NCBI GenBank assembly: GCA_964502225.1
Contig: CAZCUC010000002.1
Coordinates: 9,092-73,091 of the forward strand
Origin: an uncultured Pseudomonadales bacterium
Lineage (GTDB): Bacteria; Patescibacteriota; Microgenomatia; UBA1400; UBA12108
Direction: 5' to 3'
DNA length: 64,000 nt
Shown: in pieces, positions 1 to 10,253 of the stretch
Position numbering within the stretch: position 1 is the first letter of the stretch
Layout of the letters: every line of letters starts with the position of its first letter
Made by a program: the position numbers and the translations under genes
Notes under the pieces: model-generated
Seen by the model: only the letters and a program-made list of their open reading frames with translations
The model's database searches: none
What the model was told of the DNA's origin: nothing

Positions 1-4
1 TCCT

Positions 5-907
5 ATGCCACATAAAATAGCCGAGGTGGCGATGGAGAGTAAAGTGGTCAGAGCCACAGTGTATCAATCAAATCTCCCCTACAAAGTGGGCGACATGGTG
101 ATTGTGAGTCATGATCCACAGTTTGAAGATCTCTATAGCGTCACTGACAAAGTCAGAACCCTAGCCTTGTATCGATTGTTTATCCTTTTTGTCGTCGCGA
201 TTGTGGCAGTAAGTGGGATAGCTGGAGTCCGCTCGCTCTTTGGACTAGCTTTCTCTTTTGCCGTCATCTTTATGTATGTACTACCCCAAATAGTGGGGGG
301 CAGTAACCCAGTGAGCGTAGCCCTCATCGCTAGCGCCATGATTCTCTTGGTCTCGTACTACCTGACGCATGGACTAAGCCACAAATCAACGATCGCAATC
401 CTTGGTACACTGGGAGCACTGTTTGTGACTGGGATCCTCGCCAGTCTGTTTGGGAGCTGGGCAGGACTCACTGGGTTTGGCGCTGAGGAGACTGGATTTT
501 TGCTCGACAAATTCCCGGTCGAGAGGTTTTACAATTTGCTTCTTGCCGGGATTATTATTGGATCGCTTGGAGTCTTGGATGATATTACAATTTCTCAGGC
601 CTCGATTGTATCTGAGCTCGCAGATAGCAACCCCAAACTAGGGATGAGGGATCTATATTTGAGGGCGATGCGGATCGGCCATGATCATATATCCTCACTC
701 GTCAATACCTTGGTCCTTGTTTATGCTGGGAGCTCGCTACCGTTACTCCTATTATTTGTCACCAGTCGAGCTACACCATTTGAACTACTCAACTACGAAG
801 CAATGGCAGAGGAAATAGTTCGAACTCTAGCCGGATCTATTGGGCTCATTGCGGCAGTGCCTTTGACTACTTTGATTGCTAGTTACTGGTACAGCAAAAA
901 GCGCTAA
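5..907 (+). CDS. YibE/F-family membrane protein (probably 5'-truncated by the window edge)
   Basis: Multi-TM protein with GIIIGSLGVLDDITISQ, IGHDHISSLVNTLVLVYAG and EEIVRTL motifs typical of YibE/F. Confidence 0.85.
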   Translation: MPHKIAEVAMESKVVRATVYQSNLPYKVGDMVIVSHDPQFEDLYSVTDKVRTLALYRLFILFVVAIVAVSGIAGVRSLFGLAFSFAVIFMYVLPQIVGGSNPVSVALIASAMILLVSYYLTHGLSHKSTIAILGTLGALFVTGILASLFGSWAGLTGFGAEETGFLLDKFPVERFYNLLLAGIIIGSLGVLDDITISQASIVSELADSNPKLGMRDLYLRAMRIGHDHISSLVNTLVLVYAGSSLPLLLLFVTSRATPFELLNYEAMAEEIVRTLAGSIGLIAAVPLTTLIASYWYSKKR

Positions 908-908
908 T

Positions 909-1646
909 TTATTCTTTGACTAAGATCATGATCACAACTCCAAACAAGAATGTAGCGATCATGGCGACTGTGCGTTTTGTAGAGGTTTCGTGCTTGAGTT
1001 CGGGGATGAGATCGGCCGCCGAGATATAAATAAACCCACCAGCCGCGATCGGGATGAGATAGCTGGCAAACTCGGTCAAGGCGTGACTGGCAAAGTACCC
1101 GAGTACCCCACCAGCGACTGCAGTCATGCTAACAACTACATTGTAAATGAGAGCTTTTTTACGGGTAAAACCAGAGTGAAGGAGGACGCCAAAATCGCCT
1201 ATTTCCTGCGGTATTTCGTGCATTGCGATAGCCAGCGTAGCCACTAGTCCCAAACCATTGCCTGTCGCAAAGGAGGCGGCAATCAGGACACCATCGAGGA
1301 AGTTGTGGATCGCATCGGCGATCAGATTCATTGTGCCCATCGTGTGCTTGGCCAAGTGATCTTTGTCGTGACAATGACGCCAGTGGAGGAATCGCTCTAA
1401 AACAAAAAAACCAATAAAAGAAAGAAGGGTCAGCTGAAAGGGTAAAGTAGTACCCAAGGCATCGATCGACTCGGGGAGGAGGTGGAGAAGAGCGGCAGAG
1501 AGCATGGTACCTGCCGAGAGTGAAACGAGGGACATGAGGATTTTATTTAAAAATTTTTGCGAGAGTGCGAGTGCCGCGACACCCACAAAAGAGCCGGAGC
1601 TAATAATAATGGTAGCCAAAACTACTGACCACAATTCGCTAGACAT
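909..1646 (-). CDS. ZIP-family zinc/divalent metal transporter
   Basis: HNFLDG and HEIPQEIGD ZIP signatures, His-rich loop HWRHCH; start set at MSSEL behind an AAGGAG SD. Confidence 0.92.
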   Translation of the reverse strand: MSSELWSVVLATIIISSGSFVGVAALALSQKFLNKILMSLVSLSAGTMLSAALLHLLPESIDALGTTLPFQLTLLSFIGFFVLERFLHWRHCHDKDHLAKHTMGTMNLIADAIHNFLDGVLIAASFATGNGLGLVATLAIAMHEIPQEIGDFGVLLHSGFTRKKALIYNVVVSMTAVAGGVLGYFASHALTEFASYLIPIAAGGFIYISAADLIPELKHETSTKRTVAMIATFLFGVVIMILVKE

Positions 1647-2070
1647 ATGTATTGCTCCTTTGACATTTATTACAAATACCAAATAATTCTAGAGCGTGCT
1701 TGGTGACTCGAAAGCCGGATTCTTGCTGAAGACGATTTTCGATGGCAAAGACCTCCGTCAATGTATCGACTACATCTTCAACCTTGCCACAGATATTACA
1801 CACCGCATGATGGTGGTGACCATGCATATATTCGTAGCGGAATTTACCTTCTTGGAAGTCGATCCGTTCTAGGATGCCGGCGCTGACAAATTTTTCTAGC
1901 GTGCGATAAACGGTAGCGAGATGGGCTTTAGTTCCTAGCTTACTCGCGACCTCGTCAACGTCGAGCGGGAGATCGCTGTCCATACAGATCCGAAGAATTA
2001 TAGTCCTAGCCGTAGATGGCTTTAAACCCTTCGAGCCCAGGACTTGATTGATAATGTCAGTGCGAGTCAT
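1639..2070 (-). CDS. Fur-family regulator, probably Zur
   Basis: LATVYRTL helix, HHHHAVCNICG and C-terminal CNKC; overlaps the ZIP gene start; start MTRT lies 6 nt after TATACT. Confidence 0.88.
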   Translation of the reverse strand: MTRTDIINQVLGSKGLKPSTARTIILRICMDSDLPLDVDEVASKLGTKAHLATVYRTLEKFVSAGILERIDFQEGKFRYEYMHGHHHHAVCNICGKVEDVVDTLTEVFAIENRLQQESGFRVTKHALELFGICNKCQRSNTYV

Positions 2071-2099
2071 TCGCATAGTATAGTGCGAATTGTTCGCAT
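2059..2099. promoter_or_regulatory. Two tandem 7-1-7 Fur/Zur-type boxes overlapping the regulator's promoter and start codon
   Basis: TGCGAGT-C-ATTCGCA (2061-2075) and TGCGAAT-T-GTTCGCA (2084-2098); minus-strand TTGACA (2101-2106) and TATACT (2077-2082). Confidence 0.7.
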
Positions 2100-2133
2100 T
2101 TGTCAATCGTTAAAAATCTTATACAATAACGGT

Positions 2134-2622
2134 ATGAATAAACACTTGAAACTAGGAATACTGGGTTGCTTGCTCGTTGGAGCTATACTGGCTAACTGGC
2201 TATACTCAACCAAAACCCCTACTGACGCTGATCATGAGGACGTCCACTACCATGCTGGATTTAAGGTTTACATCGATGGCCAGCTCCAAGATTATAGCGA
2301 CTACAAGTATATGAACTTTGTGCCATGTACTGAACACAATGTAAAAAAATCGCCAGCCGAGGAGCAAATTGAGTTGGCACATCTCCACGATGGTGTGGGC
2401 GATGTGGTACACGTGCATCGCAGTGGAGCTAAATGGGGAGATTTGTTTAAGAATATCGGAGTTAAGCTCAGTGGTGAAGTGCCAGAACTAGACCAGCCGA
2501 TTGCTCCAGATAGCTCGATCGTAATAACCATCGGGAAACAAGTAGATAATCCCGAGAGAGTCAGCGTTGAACATATAAAAGAAGTAGAATCCAAAAGTGA
2601 GCTGTGTGGTAAGAGTGAGTGA
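2134..2622 (+). CDS. Membrane-anchored His-rich hypothetical protein, putative metal-binding
   Basis: N-terminal TM; HEDVHYH, HLHD and VHVH motifs; TACAAT 6 nt before the ATG. Confidence 0.7.
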   Translation: MNKHLKLGILGCLLVGAILANWLYSTKTPTDADHEDVHYHAGFKVYIDGQLQDYSDYKYMNFVPCTEHNVKKSPAEEQIELAHLHDGVGDVVHVHRSGAKWGDLFKNIGVKLSGEVPELDQPIAPDSSIVITIGKQVDNPERVSVEHIKEVESKSELCGKSE

Positions 2623-2624
2623 GT

Positions 2625-3125
2625 CTAGTTGAGTAGCCAAATTGAGAGATTAAGGAAACTAGCGAAAGTAACCCAGACGATATAGGGGTAGAGGAGATAG
2701 GCTGACCAAGGTGAGAGTTTTTCCCCTTCCTGGATAGAGCGCGCGATAAAATACCACATAGCTAAAATTTCGATAAACGCTAGGCCGGTAAATTTGAGAC
2801 CAAAGAAAAGGATCGACCAGAGGGCATTGAGGATTAGCTGAGATGCATAGACGTGCCAAAATGATCTGGCTTTTTTGCCAAACTGGTATTTGCGCCAAAC
2901 CAAGTATGCTGAGATCCCCATGAGGGTGTAGAGGAGTGTCCAGACTGGACCAAAGACCCAGTTGGGAGGAGAGAAAAATGGCTTGTTGAGATAAAGATAC
3001 CAATTGGTGATAGCAGAGAAAGTAAACAGCGAGCCGATCCCACCAGCTAATTGGGCGACGGCAATGCTTAAGATGAGCATCCAGTAGTTATCTTTGGGGC
3101 GAGACCATGGCCAGGTAATGTTCAT
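2625..3125 (-). CDS. tspO: TspO/MBR-family protein
   Basis: WY..LNKPFFSPPNWVFGPVWTLLY, LNALWS.LFF and PYIVWVTFA motifs. Confidence 0.93.
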   Translation of the reverse strand: MNITWPWSRPKDNYWMLILSIAVAQLAGGIGSLFTFSAITNWYLYLNKPFFSPPNWVFGPVWTLLYTLMGISAYLVWRKYQFGKKARSFWHVYASQLILNALWSILFFGLKFTGLAFIEILAMWYFIARSIQEGEKLSPWSAYLLYPYIVWVTFASFLNLSIWLLN

Positions 3126-3403
3126 AATTCGAGTATAACCTTTTTGAAGCGTGGCACAATAGCGCCATTCCACTCGACTTTTTCTAGCCAGGAGTCTAGG
3201 TCTCTAACAAATTCTGGGGCATTAACTTCTTGGATGTTCGTGTAGCGGATCGCGACTTTTTGGGTGACTTCTTGGATCACATAGCCCAATACCTTGTAGT
3301 CACGGTCTCTGTATTTGTAGTGCTTGTAGATGGCGCCAAGCTCTACCAACTTACTAGCTTCTGCAATTCTTTTGTTTAACTCTGTGTGGGAAATGTGGGT
3401 CAT
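3122..3403 (-). CDS. DUF1653-like small protein
   Basis: G.IYKHYK...Y.V, FVR....W and terminal PRF pattern. Confidence 0.65.
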   Translation of the reverse strand: MTHISHTELNKRIAEASKLVELGAIYKHYKYRDRDYKVLGYVIQEVTQKVAIRYTNIQEVNAPEFVRDLDSWLEKVEWNGAIVPRFKKVILEL

Positions 3404-3404
3404 G

Positions 3405-3881
3405 TTATACCTTCAGGGCCTGGCCCTGAAGGTCTAGGTAAGCTTGAATATCACGCTTGATGCCATCTACTGTGATTAGTTCAAGTGCTTCGGTTGGCGT
3501 TACCCAGGAATACTCTTCGTGCTCGTCGGACAATTTGATATCGAGTTGGTCGGTGGAAGCGACGAAAGTAATTCCGACTAATTCATTCTCTGCTGTTTCT
3601 TCGTGACCGCGATAAATATGCCAGCAAGTTAGTGGAGTGCCGGCAGTAATGGTGATACCTAGTTCTTCACCCACTTCGCGTACTAGACCAGCTTGAGGAG
3701 ATTCGTGCTGGGCGATGCGCCCATACATGATTTCCCATTCTCCTGGGTGCCAATCTAGTTTTTGACTACGTTTGATAAGGAGAATTTTGCCCACTGGATT
3801 GGTAATCACCGCACCGACCGCCACCATGAAACGACCAACTGGGTTATGCTCACTATTTGTATTATCGACTTTGTTTGTCAT
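3405..3881 (-). CDS. NUDIX hydrolase
   Basis: Nudix box GRIAQHESPQAGLVREVGEELG and LSDEH..Y.W. Confidence 0.88.
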   Translation of the reverse strand: MTNKVDNTNSEHNPVGRFMVAVGAVITNPVGKILLIKRSQKLDWHPGEWEIMYGRIAQHESPQAGLVREVGEELGITITAGTPLTCWHIYRGHEETAENELVGITFVASTDQLDIKLSDEHEEYSWVTPTEALELITVDGIKRDIQAYLDLQGQALKV

Positions 3882-3885
3882 ATGA

Positions 3886-4803
3886 TTATTTAAAGTAAGG
3901 GATGTCCCACGAGTCGGATGGATCGACATAGCGTAGGCCTTTATCTAACATAGATAACTCTTTCATATCGGTTTCGTCGAGCTGGAAATCAAAAACTTCG
4001 ATATTCTCCTTGATCCTAGCTGGAGTGACGCTCTTGGGGATGACCACGGTGCCCCGCTCGATCGCCCAGTTGATAAGAATTTGCGCGACAGATTTGTTGT
4101 GTTTGGCGGCGATTTTCTTTACTACCGGATCTTCGTGGAGACGAGTAGTATTTAGCTCGACTCCCATGCGCCCAGTGGGCGAGTAGGCGGTGACTGCAAT
4201 ATTGTGATCCAGGCAGTAATCGACTAGCTCCTGCTGAGCGTTGTATGGGTGAAGCTCGATTTGATTCATAGCGGGGATGATGGTTGCATAGGACATAAGA
4301 TCATGAAGCATCATGGTGGAAAAATTTGCCACACCGATTGATTTAACAAGTCCAAGCTGGATGAGTTTCTCCATGGCCTCCCACGTTTCGCGGATGGAGA
4401 CTTTTTCCGTGACTGCTTTGCCGTCTTGCATAGGCTCTAACTCTTCTCCATGTTTAAAAGCCACACCCCAGTGCATGAGATAGAGATCGAGATAATCTAG
4501 CTGGAGATCTTGGAGGGTTTGTCGACAGGCGGCTTCGACGTTTTGTGAAGCGTGATTGGTATTCCAAAGTTTGCTAGTAATAAAAATGTCTTCTCTTTTT
4601 ATCGACTTAAACACTTCGGCGTATGCCTTACCTACTTCGGGCTCGTTGCGGTAGATCATGGCTCCGTCGATGTGGATGTAACCTGCTTCAGTTAGGGCAT
4701 ATCGCACTGCCTGACCGACTTGGTTGGGTAGGGACTTCCAGGTGCCCAAACCTATGGTTGGGATATTGTAGCCACTATTTAGTTTAATAGTTTTTTGTAA
4801 CAT
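3886..4803 (-). CDS. Aldo/keto reductase
   Basis: GLGTW, D.A.IY.NE, FITSKLW, LDLYLMHW, SIGVANF and VIPKS motifs. Confidence 0.95.
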   Translation of the reverse strand: MLQKTIKLNSGYNIPTIGLGTWKSLPNQVGQAVRYALTEAGYIHIDGAMIYRNEPEVGKAYAEVFKSIKREDIFITSKLWNTNHASQNVEAACRQTLQDLQLDYLDLYLMHWGVAFKHGEELEPMQDGKAVTEKVSIRETWEAMEKLIQLGLVKSIGVANFSTMMLHDLMSYATIIPAMNQIELHPYNAQQELVDYCLDHNIAVTAYSPTGRMGVELNTTRLHEDPVVKKIAAKHNKSVAQILINWAIERGTVVIPKSVTPARIKENIEVFDFQLDETDMKELSMLDKGLRYVDPSDSWDIPYFK

Positions 4804-4811
4804 AACACTCC

Positions 4812-5435
4812 TTAGTTTGTAACTATTTTAGTTTCACCATCATTTACTATAACAGCTTGGTCGTCGCGGAGTGGGAGGACGATATTATCCTGATATCTTA
4901 AACTAAGGTCATCAAGTAGTGCTCTGTGTCGTAAGGCGTATTTTTCTCGCCCATAATGAGGAATTAACAGTTTCTTTATAAGATTGAGACCACTGAAATT
5001 GGTGAGTGCTGGAACTGGCATTTCTAGTGACTTCGCATATTCTATATCTGACCCCATGATGATAGATCCTGCACTACTACCGATATATACAGTCCCCTTG
5101 TCGATTAGCTCCTTGATGACGATGTCGAAACCAGATTTCTTCACTTCATTTAATAAATAGTAGGTGTTGCCACCGGCTACAAATATGACATGGAAAGGAG
5201 AGAGTTCGCTACTCAATATATCGACATTTTTATTTTTGAGATCGTAGTCGGTCACGGCAAATCCCATCTCTACCAACTTGGCTCGGTCGCCATCCATCCA
5301 CGGGCGACTATCTGCTGGGTAGGGATCTGCGGCAGTGGGGATAAAGGCGAGTTTGAGACTGCTTGGTTTGTCGGGGAGTAATGGGTAGACTAGGTCTAGT
5401 GTGGCACTGGCGAGACTGGCGAGAAAAAGTTTCAT
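4812..5435 (-). CDS. Peptidase E (S51) family protein
   Basis: FIPTA, GGNTYYL, YIGSSAGS and PHY motifs. Confidence 0.88.
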   Translation of the reverse strand: MKLFLASLASATLDLVYPLLPDKPSSLKLAFIPTAADPYPADSRPWMDGDRAKLVEMGFAVTDYDLKNKNVDILSSELSPFHVIFVAGGNTYYLLNEVKKSGFDIVIKELIDKGTVYIGSSAGSIIMGSDIEYAKSLEMPVPALTNFSGLNLIKKLLIPHYGREKYALRHRALLDDLSLRYQDNIVLPLRDDQAVIVNDGETKIVTN

Positions 5436-5456
5436 TAAACCATTTTACAACAGTAG

Positions 5457-5753
5457 CTACTTGCGAAGACCAAAGTAGAGCATGGCAAGGAGAATGATTT
5501 TGAAAAAGTATCCACTGTAGGGGTCGATGGCCAGCTTGGTGAGTGGAGTCATGTTGCCGGTAGCGAAGTGGAAAAGGATACTAATGGGCAAAACGAGGAG
5601 CATCCATTGCCAGTGAGTGAGCTGTCTACCTGTAAATGTGATTAGCTTGTTGAGAAGAGGCACAAGGAGATAAATCCCAAGATAGGCAGTAGAAAAATCA
5701 AAAACTGCCAAATTGCCAATACGGAAAGAGCGGAGATATTCAATAGTGATCAT
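5457..5753 (-). CDS. Small hypothetical membrane protein
   Basis: 98-aa hydrophobic ORF coupled by ATGA overlap to the upstream HMA gene. Confidence 0.65.
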   Translation of the reverse strand: MITIEYLRSFRIGNLAVFDFSTAYLGIYLLVPLLNKLITFTGRQLTHWQWMLLVLPISILFHFATGNMTPLTKLAIDPYSGYFFKIILLAMLYFGLRK

Positions 5754-5989
5754 TTGACCACAGTATAGCCTAGTTTCTCGATTATTGTGGTGAACTTAGA
5801 GGGGGACGTGAGTTTGGGGTCGTATGTGATGACTGACTCTTGCTTGGCGTAGCTGGTAGAGGTCGAGATGACACCAGGGAGGTCCTCTAAATCAGAGTCG
5901 ATGTTTAGTGAGCATGAGCTACAGTGGAGGCCACTCAGTTTGAGAGTAACGGTCGTTCCAACTGATTTTTTCTTGAATAAATTAAACAT
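5750..5989 (-). CDS. copZ: Heavy-metal-associated (CopZ-like) chaperone
   Basis: GLHCSSC HMA motif and C-terminal IEKLGY. Confidence 0.85.
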   Translation of the reverse strand: MFNLFKKKSVGTTVTLKLSGLHCSSCSLNIDSDLEDLPGVISTSTSYAKQESVITYDPKLTSPSKFTTIIEKLGYTVVK

Positions 5990-6407
5990 GAATTTTGTCC
6001 AAATCCTGATTAATTACGCGTACGTCTAGTGCTAAGAGCTCGTCTTTGTAAGCGGCGTCATCGCTAAATTGGTTCCACACAAATATTTTTTTGTTTAAGT
6101 GAAATGCAAGACCAATTTCCATCAGTACGTTGGGGCCAATATAGCCTATTATTCCGTTTTTCTCGTTGTTAATGACAAGAATAGCATCGGATGAGGCAAT
6201 ATTGTCAAAATTTTCTTTAATGTATAGACCCTTTTGCAGACTCGTAGTTCTACCCTTGAAATTTTCTACTACAAAGTCGTTTTTGGCTTTCATCGTTTTG
6301 GCGGAGACGGGGATATCGACCTCAAATCCTTTGGCGATGAGATCTGTTTCAACTTGTACTAGTTCTTTATAAAAATTCATGCTGGCGCAGAGGAAGATCT
6401 TGGTCAT
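5982..6407 (-). CDS. Hypothetical protein, nucleoside 2-deoxyribosyltransferase-like fold
   Basis: KIFLCASM, I..SDAILV.N and YIG.NVLMEIGLA..LNKKI pattern. Confidence 0.6.
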   Translation of the reverse strand: MTKIFLCASMNFYKELVQVETDLIAKGFEVDIPVSAKTMKAKNDFVVENFKGRTTSLQKGLYIKENFDNIASSDAILVINNEKNGIIGYIGPNVLMEIGLAFHLNKKIFVWNQFSDDAAYKDELLALDVRVINQDLDKIHV

Positions 6408-7438
6408 ATAACCTCCATAGTGCCACTATACATGCCCATAGAACAAGAGAAAGTATAGATACCCTTTTTGTCGGGAGTGAATGTAAAGACTTGATTGGTA
6501 TTGGGTTTAACAAAAGCATTGATACCAAAGGCGCGGAAAGTAAAAGCGGTAGCACAAGAGTAAACCTCGCCTGCATTTACTGTCAGTTTGACAGGGATAC
6601 CATTTTTTACAGCGAAATGTCTAGGCGAATAGCCACTATTCAAGATATTTATGGTAACTGGCTGGACGCCATCGACTAGGCTGGGAGTCGGGATGACCCT
6701 CTCTGTAGATTGGTCGTAGGGAGGCAAAAGTTTGACTATCCTAGGACCTAGCCGCTCGAGAGAATAGTTGCTGTCCATAACCTGGAGGATTCCGTTGAAT
6801 GAGTAGAGTGCCATGGCGATTAAGAGTACGGCGGCAGTACGGAGGAAGTAAATGCGCCAGACCTCACTGAGCTTGGCGGTCGCGATACCGATCAATACAA
6901 ACATGGGGGCAGTCCCCAGGACAAAAGTCCCCATAATCAGTGCACCCTGGAGAGGAGAGCCAGAACTGATGGCAAGGATCTCCATGGCCTGTGTGACTCC
7001 GCAGGGGATAAGAATAGTCAAGAATCCAAGGAGCCCGGGAGCGAACAATCGATCGGCTGTAGTATTATTCTTGATCAGTTTGCGCGCAAATTTGGGCGGG
7101 GTAAACGCCATAAAGCGGAAAATTGGGTGCACTTCGAGTAGGTTCATGGCAGAGGCAAACATGAAGAGCGCGGCAAAACCTTGGAAGAAGAGTCGCATGC
7201 TGAGGGAGAGTGTGATAGCAGATCCAAGCCAGCCGAGGAAAAAACCGAGGATGGTGTGGGCGATGAGTTTGGTCACAAGGAATGCAGTGACTCCTGCCCA
7301 GTCGTCTGCGCCGAAGCCTGGCTCTACTTTAAGCTTTTTTTGATTGGCGATGGTAGAGGCGAGGATCCCTCCTTGCATGGCGGCGCAGGTTACACCACCA
7401 CTGGTTAGACCAGTCAATAAAATGAGCCATAGATTCAT
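6404..7438 (-). CDS. DsbD_2/TauE-like membrane protein fused to a cupredoxin domain
   Basis: TCAAMQGG and LIPCG TM motifs; C-terminal FSCSMGMYSG. Confidence 0.85.
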   Translation of the reverse strand: MNLWLILLTGLTSGGVTCAAMQGGILASTIANQKKLKVEPGFGADDWAGVTAFLVTKLIAHTILGFFLGWLGSAITLSLSMRLFFQGFAALFMFASAMNLLEVHPIFRFMAFTPPKFARKLIKNNTTADRLFAPGLLGFLTILIPCGVTQAMEILAISSGSPLQGALIMGTFVLGTAPMFVLIGIATAKLSEVWRIYFLRTAAVLLIAMALYSFNGILQVMDSNYSLERLGPRIVKLLPPYDQSTERVIPTPSLVDGVQPVTINILNSGYSPRHFAVKNGIPVKLTVNAGEVYSCATAFTFRAFGINAFVKPNTNQVFTFTPDKKGIYTFSCSMGMYSGTMEVI

Positions 7439-7444
7439 ATACAA

Positions 7445-7476
7445 GTGCTCCGATGTTCCGGTGTTCCAGTTTTCCG
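7445..7476. repeat. Degenerate 8-mer tandem repeat (4 units)
   Basis: GTGCTCCG ATGTTCCG GTGTTCCA GTTTTCCG. Confidence 0.75.
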
Positions 7477-7486
7477 GTAGATATTT

Positions 7487-9775
7487 TTATAATTTAACAT
7501 ACTTTAAGCGTAAAGAATTGGTTACGACAGAGACTGAGGAAAAAGCCATGGCGGCGCCAGCGATCCCTGGGTTGAGCATGATCCCATAGAGAGGATAGAG
7601 GATACCTGCCGCAATCGGGATGCCAATAATATTGTAAGCAAAGGCCCAGAACAGGTTTTGCTTGATTACGCGGAAGGTGAGGCGGGATAATTTGATGGCT
7701 TGGGGTAGTCTCTCGAGATTGCCCCCTAGGAGCGTGAGTCCAGCGGACTCGATAGCCACGTCGGTACCAGTCCCCATGGCGATCCCCACATCGGCGGTCG
7801 CGAGAGCTGGGGCGTCGTTGACTCCGTCGCCTACCATGGCGACCTTGTATCCCTCGGCTTGCAATTTTTGCACTTCGTTAGCTTTGTCTCCCGGCATGAC
7901 TTCGGCAATAATTTTGTCAATTCCCACGGTTTTGCCAATATACTCGGCAGTCAAATGGTGGTCACCTGTCATCATAGCCACTTTGATCCCCAACTTGTGG
8001 AGATCTTTGATGGCTTGGATGGATTCGTCTTTGAGCGTGTCGCTGATGCCTAGGTACATAATAATCTCTTTGGATGAGGCCAAGATGATCGGGGTCGCGC
8101 CGACTGCGGCAGAACTTTCGATAACACCTTTGTCAATTTTGAGGCCCAAGGATGAGATAAGTTTGAGATTGCCTGCGTAGTAGAGTTTTTTCCCGATTTT
8201 GCCTTGCAAACCTTGGCCGGGAATCGACTTGAAGTCTGAGATTGATAAGAGTGTTAGTTTGTCTGATTTGGCTTTTGCGACGATCGCCTGAGCTAGCGGG
8301 TGCTCGGAGCTAGCTTCCAGTGAAGCGAGGTGGACGAGTGAGTCTTGTTCTGAGAGAGTACCTACTGTTTTGAGATTGGTAACGGTGGGCTCGCCTTTGG
8401 TCAGGGTACCCGTCTTGTCTAGAACAATGTAGTCTACCGCGCGCAACTTTTCGAGACTTTCGGCATTTTTGACCAAGATACCCTTTTGGGCGGCCTTGCC
8501 CACACCTACTATGATCGCGGTCGGGGTGGCTAGACCTAGGGCACAGGGACAGGCGATGACGAGGATGCCGACAAAACTGAGGAGTCCGAGGAGGGGGTTG
8601 CCTAGCGCTGTCCACAAAATGAAAACTAGCACGGATAAAACTATGACGATAGGCACAAAAACCGAGGAGATTTGGTCGGTCAGACGCTCGATCGGGGCGT
8701 GACTACCCTGTGCAGTCTCGACCATTTTGATGATCTGAGAAAGGATAGTCCCCTCACCCACAACAGTGGCGCGGAGATTGAACATGCCTTGTTTGTTGAT
8801 AGTGCCACCGATCACTTTGTCGCCGACGACTTTATCTACTGGGAGAGGCTCGCCGGTCAACATGGATTCATCCACGCTACTGTCGCCACTGATGATTTCT
8901 CCGTCCACTGGGATTTTGACTCCTGGTTTGACGATGACTATGTCTCCGATAATCACTTCGCTGACGGGGATCTCTGTTTCTTGACCATTGCGCAGAACGA
9001 GTGCTGTCTTGGCTTGCAAACCCAAGAGTTTTTCGATAGCTTCGCCGGTTTTCATTTTGGAGCCGGCCTCTAAGTATTTACCGAGGGTGATAAACGCAAT
9101 TACCACGATGGTGACGTCGTAATAGACTTGCTCTACTGCGAGGTATGGTGCGAGTATCCCCTCAAAGGCAGAAACGATAAACGAATAAAGAAATGCGACC
9201 GAGGTACCGATACCAATCAAGGTATCCATATTGGCAACTCTATACTGGACAAATCGAAACACAGACTTGATGTAGGGCAAACCTATGACAAATAACATAT
9301 AGGTGGCCATGATGGGGAGGAGATGGTGGAAAAAGGTTTTGACAGCATCAGGGTAGGGGAAGAATGATTCCCAAATCATCATCACGAGACTCACGGCGGC
9401 CAGCGGGAGAGAGATCTTGACCTGAGATTTTAGCTTGGCTAAATCCGCTAGTTTTTCGGCTTTTTTGGCAGGGTTTGTGCCTACGGGCCCCATGTCGTGG
9501 CCAGCATGGAGGGAATGATCCATTCTGGACATGTCGTAACCGGGGTGGCCCATAGGAGGATTGGGGTCGGTTGGTTTGATACTATAACCGAGGGGAGAGA
9601 TTAGCGAGTTAAATTTAGAATCATCAATGTTTTTGGTTGTCGACAACTCTGCAACCTCGGTAGCATAGTTTACGTCGACCGATTTCACCCCATCTACTTT
9701 GGAGAGCTTTTTCTTGATAATACTGGCACAACTGGCGCAATGCATACCAACCACTTCGTATTTTTTGGTGATCAT
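7487..9775 (-). CDS. copA: Copper-translocating P1B-type ATPase
   Basis: GMHCASC, TGE, CPCALG, DKTGT, SEHP, GDGVND and YN...IP / MAFSS motifs. Confidence 0.96.
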   Translation of the reverse strand: MITKKYEVVGMHCASCASIIKKKLSKVDGVKSVDVNYATEVAELSTTKNIDDSKFNSLISPLGYSIKPTDPNPPMGHPGYDMSRMDHSLHAGHDMGPVGTNPAKKAEKLADLAKLKSQVKISLPLAAVSLVMMIWESFFPYPDAVKTFFHHLLPIMATYMLFVIGLPYIKSVFRFVQYRVANMDTLIGIGTSVAFLYSFIVSAFEGILAPYLAVEQVYYDVTIVVIAFITLGKYLEAGSKMKTGEAIEKLLGLQAKTALVLRNGQETEIPVSEVIIGDIVIVKPGVKIPVDGEIISGDSSVDESMLTGEPLPVDKVVGDKVIGGTINKQGMFNLRATVVGEGTILSQIIKMVETAQGSHAPIERLTDQISSVFVPIVIVLSVLVFILWTALGNPLLGLLSFVGILVIACPCALGLATPTAIIVGVGKAAQKGILVKNAESLEKLRAVDYIVLDKTGTLTKGEPTVTNLKTVGTLSEQDSLVHLASLEASSEHPLAQAIVAKAKSDKLTLLSISDFKSIPGQGLQGKIGKKLYYAGNLKLISSLGLKIDKGVIESSAAVGATPIILASSKEIIMYLGISDTLKDESIQAIKDLHKLGIKVAMMTGDHHLTAEYIGKTVGIDKIIAEVMPGDKANEVQKLQAEGYKVAMVGDGVNDAPALATADVGIAMGTGTDVAIESAGLTLLGGNLERLPQAIKLSRLTFRVIKQNLFWAFAYNIIGIPIAAGILYPLYGIMLNPGIAGAAMAFSSVSVVTNSLRLKYVKL

Positions 9776-10215
9776 ACAACTCCTTTGTGTAAAGAATTAA
9801 ATTCTTTGAGACAACCTTTGCCGCAAAAGTAGTGGCGCACACCATCGTATTCGCAGGTATAGCTTGCAGAGCTAGGAGTTAACTGCATCTGGCAAACTGG
9901 GTCAACCACAGTGGGCTCGGCTTCGCTCATGGGTCTTGTTTTGGTTAGACCGTCGATAAAGATAGATAGTGTGGCAAAACGATCCATTGCGAGTACGTAA
10001 TACATTTCTTTGCCGATCTTTCTTGTCTTTACTAGACCGCACTGTTTGAGGAGTATGAGGTGCTGGGATACTGTTGCCTGGCGGAGCGCTGTCATCTGAA
10101 CTATCTGATTGACGGTGAGCTCGTGGCCATGCAAAAGACAGACAATTTCCAACCGTTTGGCGTGGCCGAGGACTTTGAGGTGGGCCGCGTTTTTTCTAAA
10201 CATTGATGACTGCAT
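9772..10215 (-). CDS. ArsR/SmtB regulator fused to a C-terminal YHS domain
   Basis: RLEI..LL...ELTV..I and VSQHL..LK..GLV; then DPVCQM...YFCGKGC. Confidence 0.88.
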   Translation of the reverse strand: MQSSMFRKNAAHLKVLGHAKRLEIVCLLHGHELTVNQIVQMTALRQATVSQHLILLKQCGLVKTRKIGKEMYYVLAMDRFATLSIFIDGLTKTRPMSEAEPTVVDPVCQMQLTPSSASYTCEYDGVRHYFCGKGCLKEFNSLHKGVV

Positions 10216-10251
10216 ATATAGTCATCATATTCTATTTTTTGAATATGTCAA
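10205..10251. promoter_or_regulatory. Promoter and two inverted repeats (candidate ArsR operators)
   Basis: GATGACT-N8-AGTCATC (10205-10226) and CATATTC-N8-GAATATG (10226-10247); minus-strand TTGACA (10246-10251) and TATGAT (10224-10229). Confidence 0.55.
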
Positions 10252-10253
10252 AT

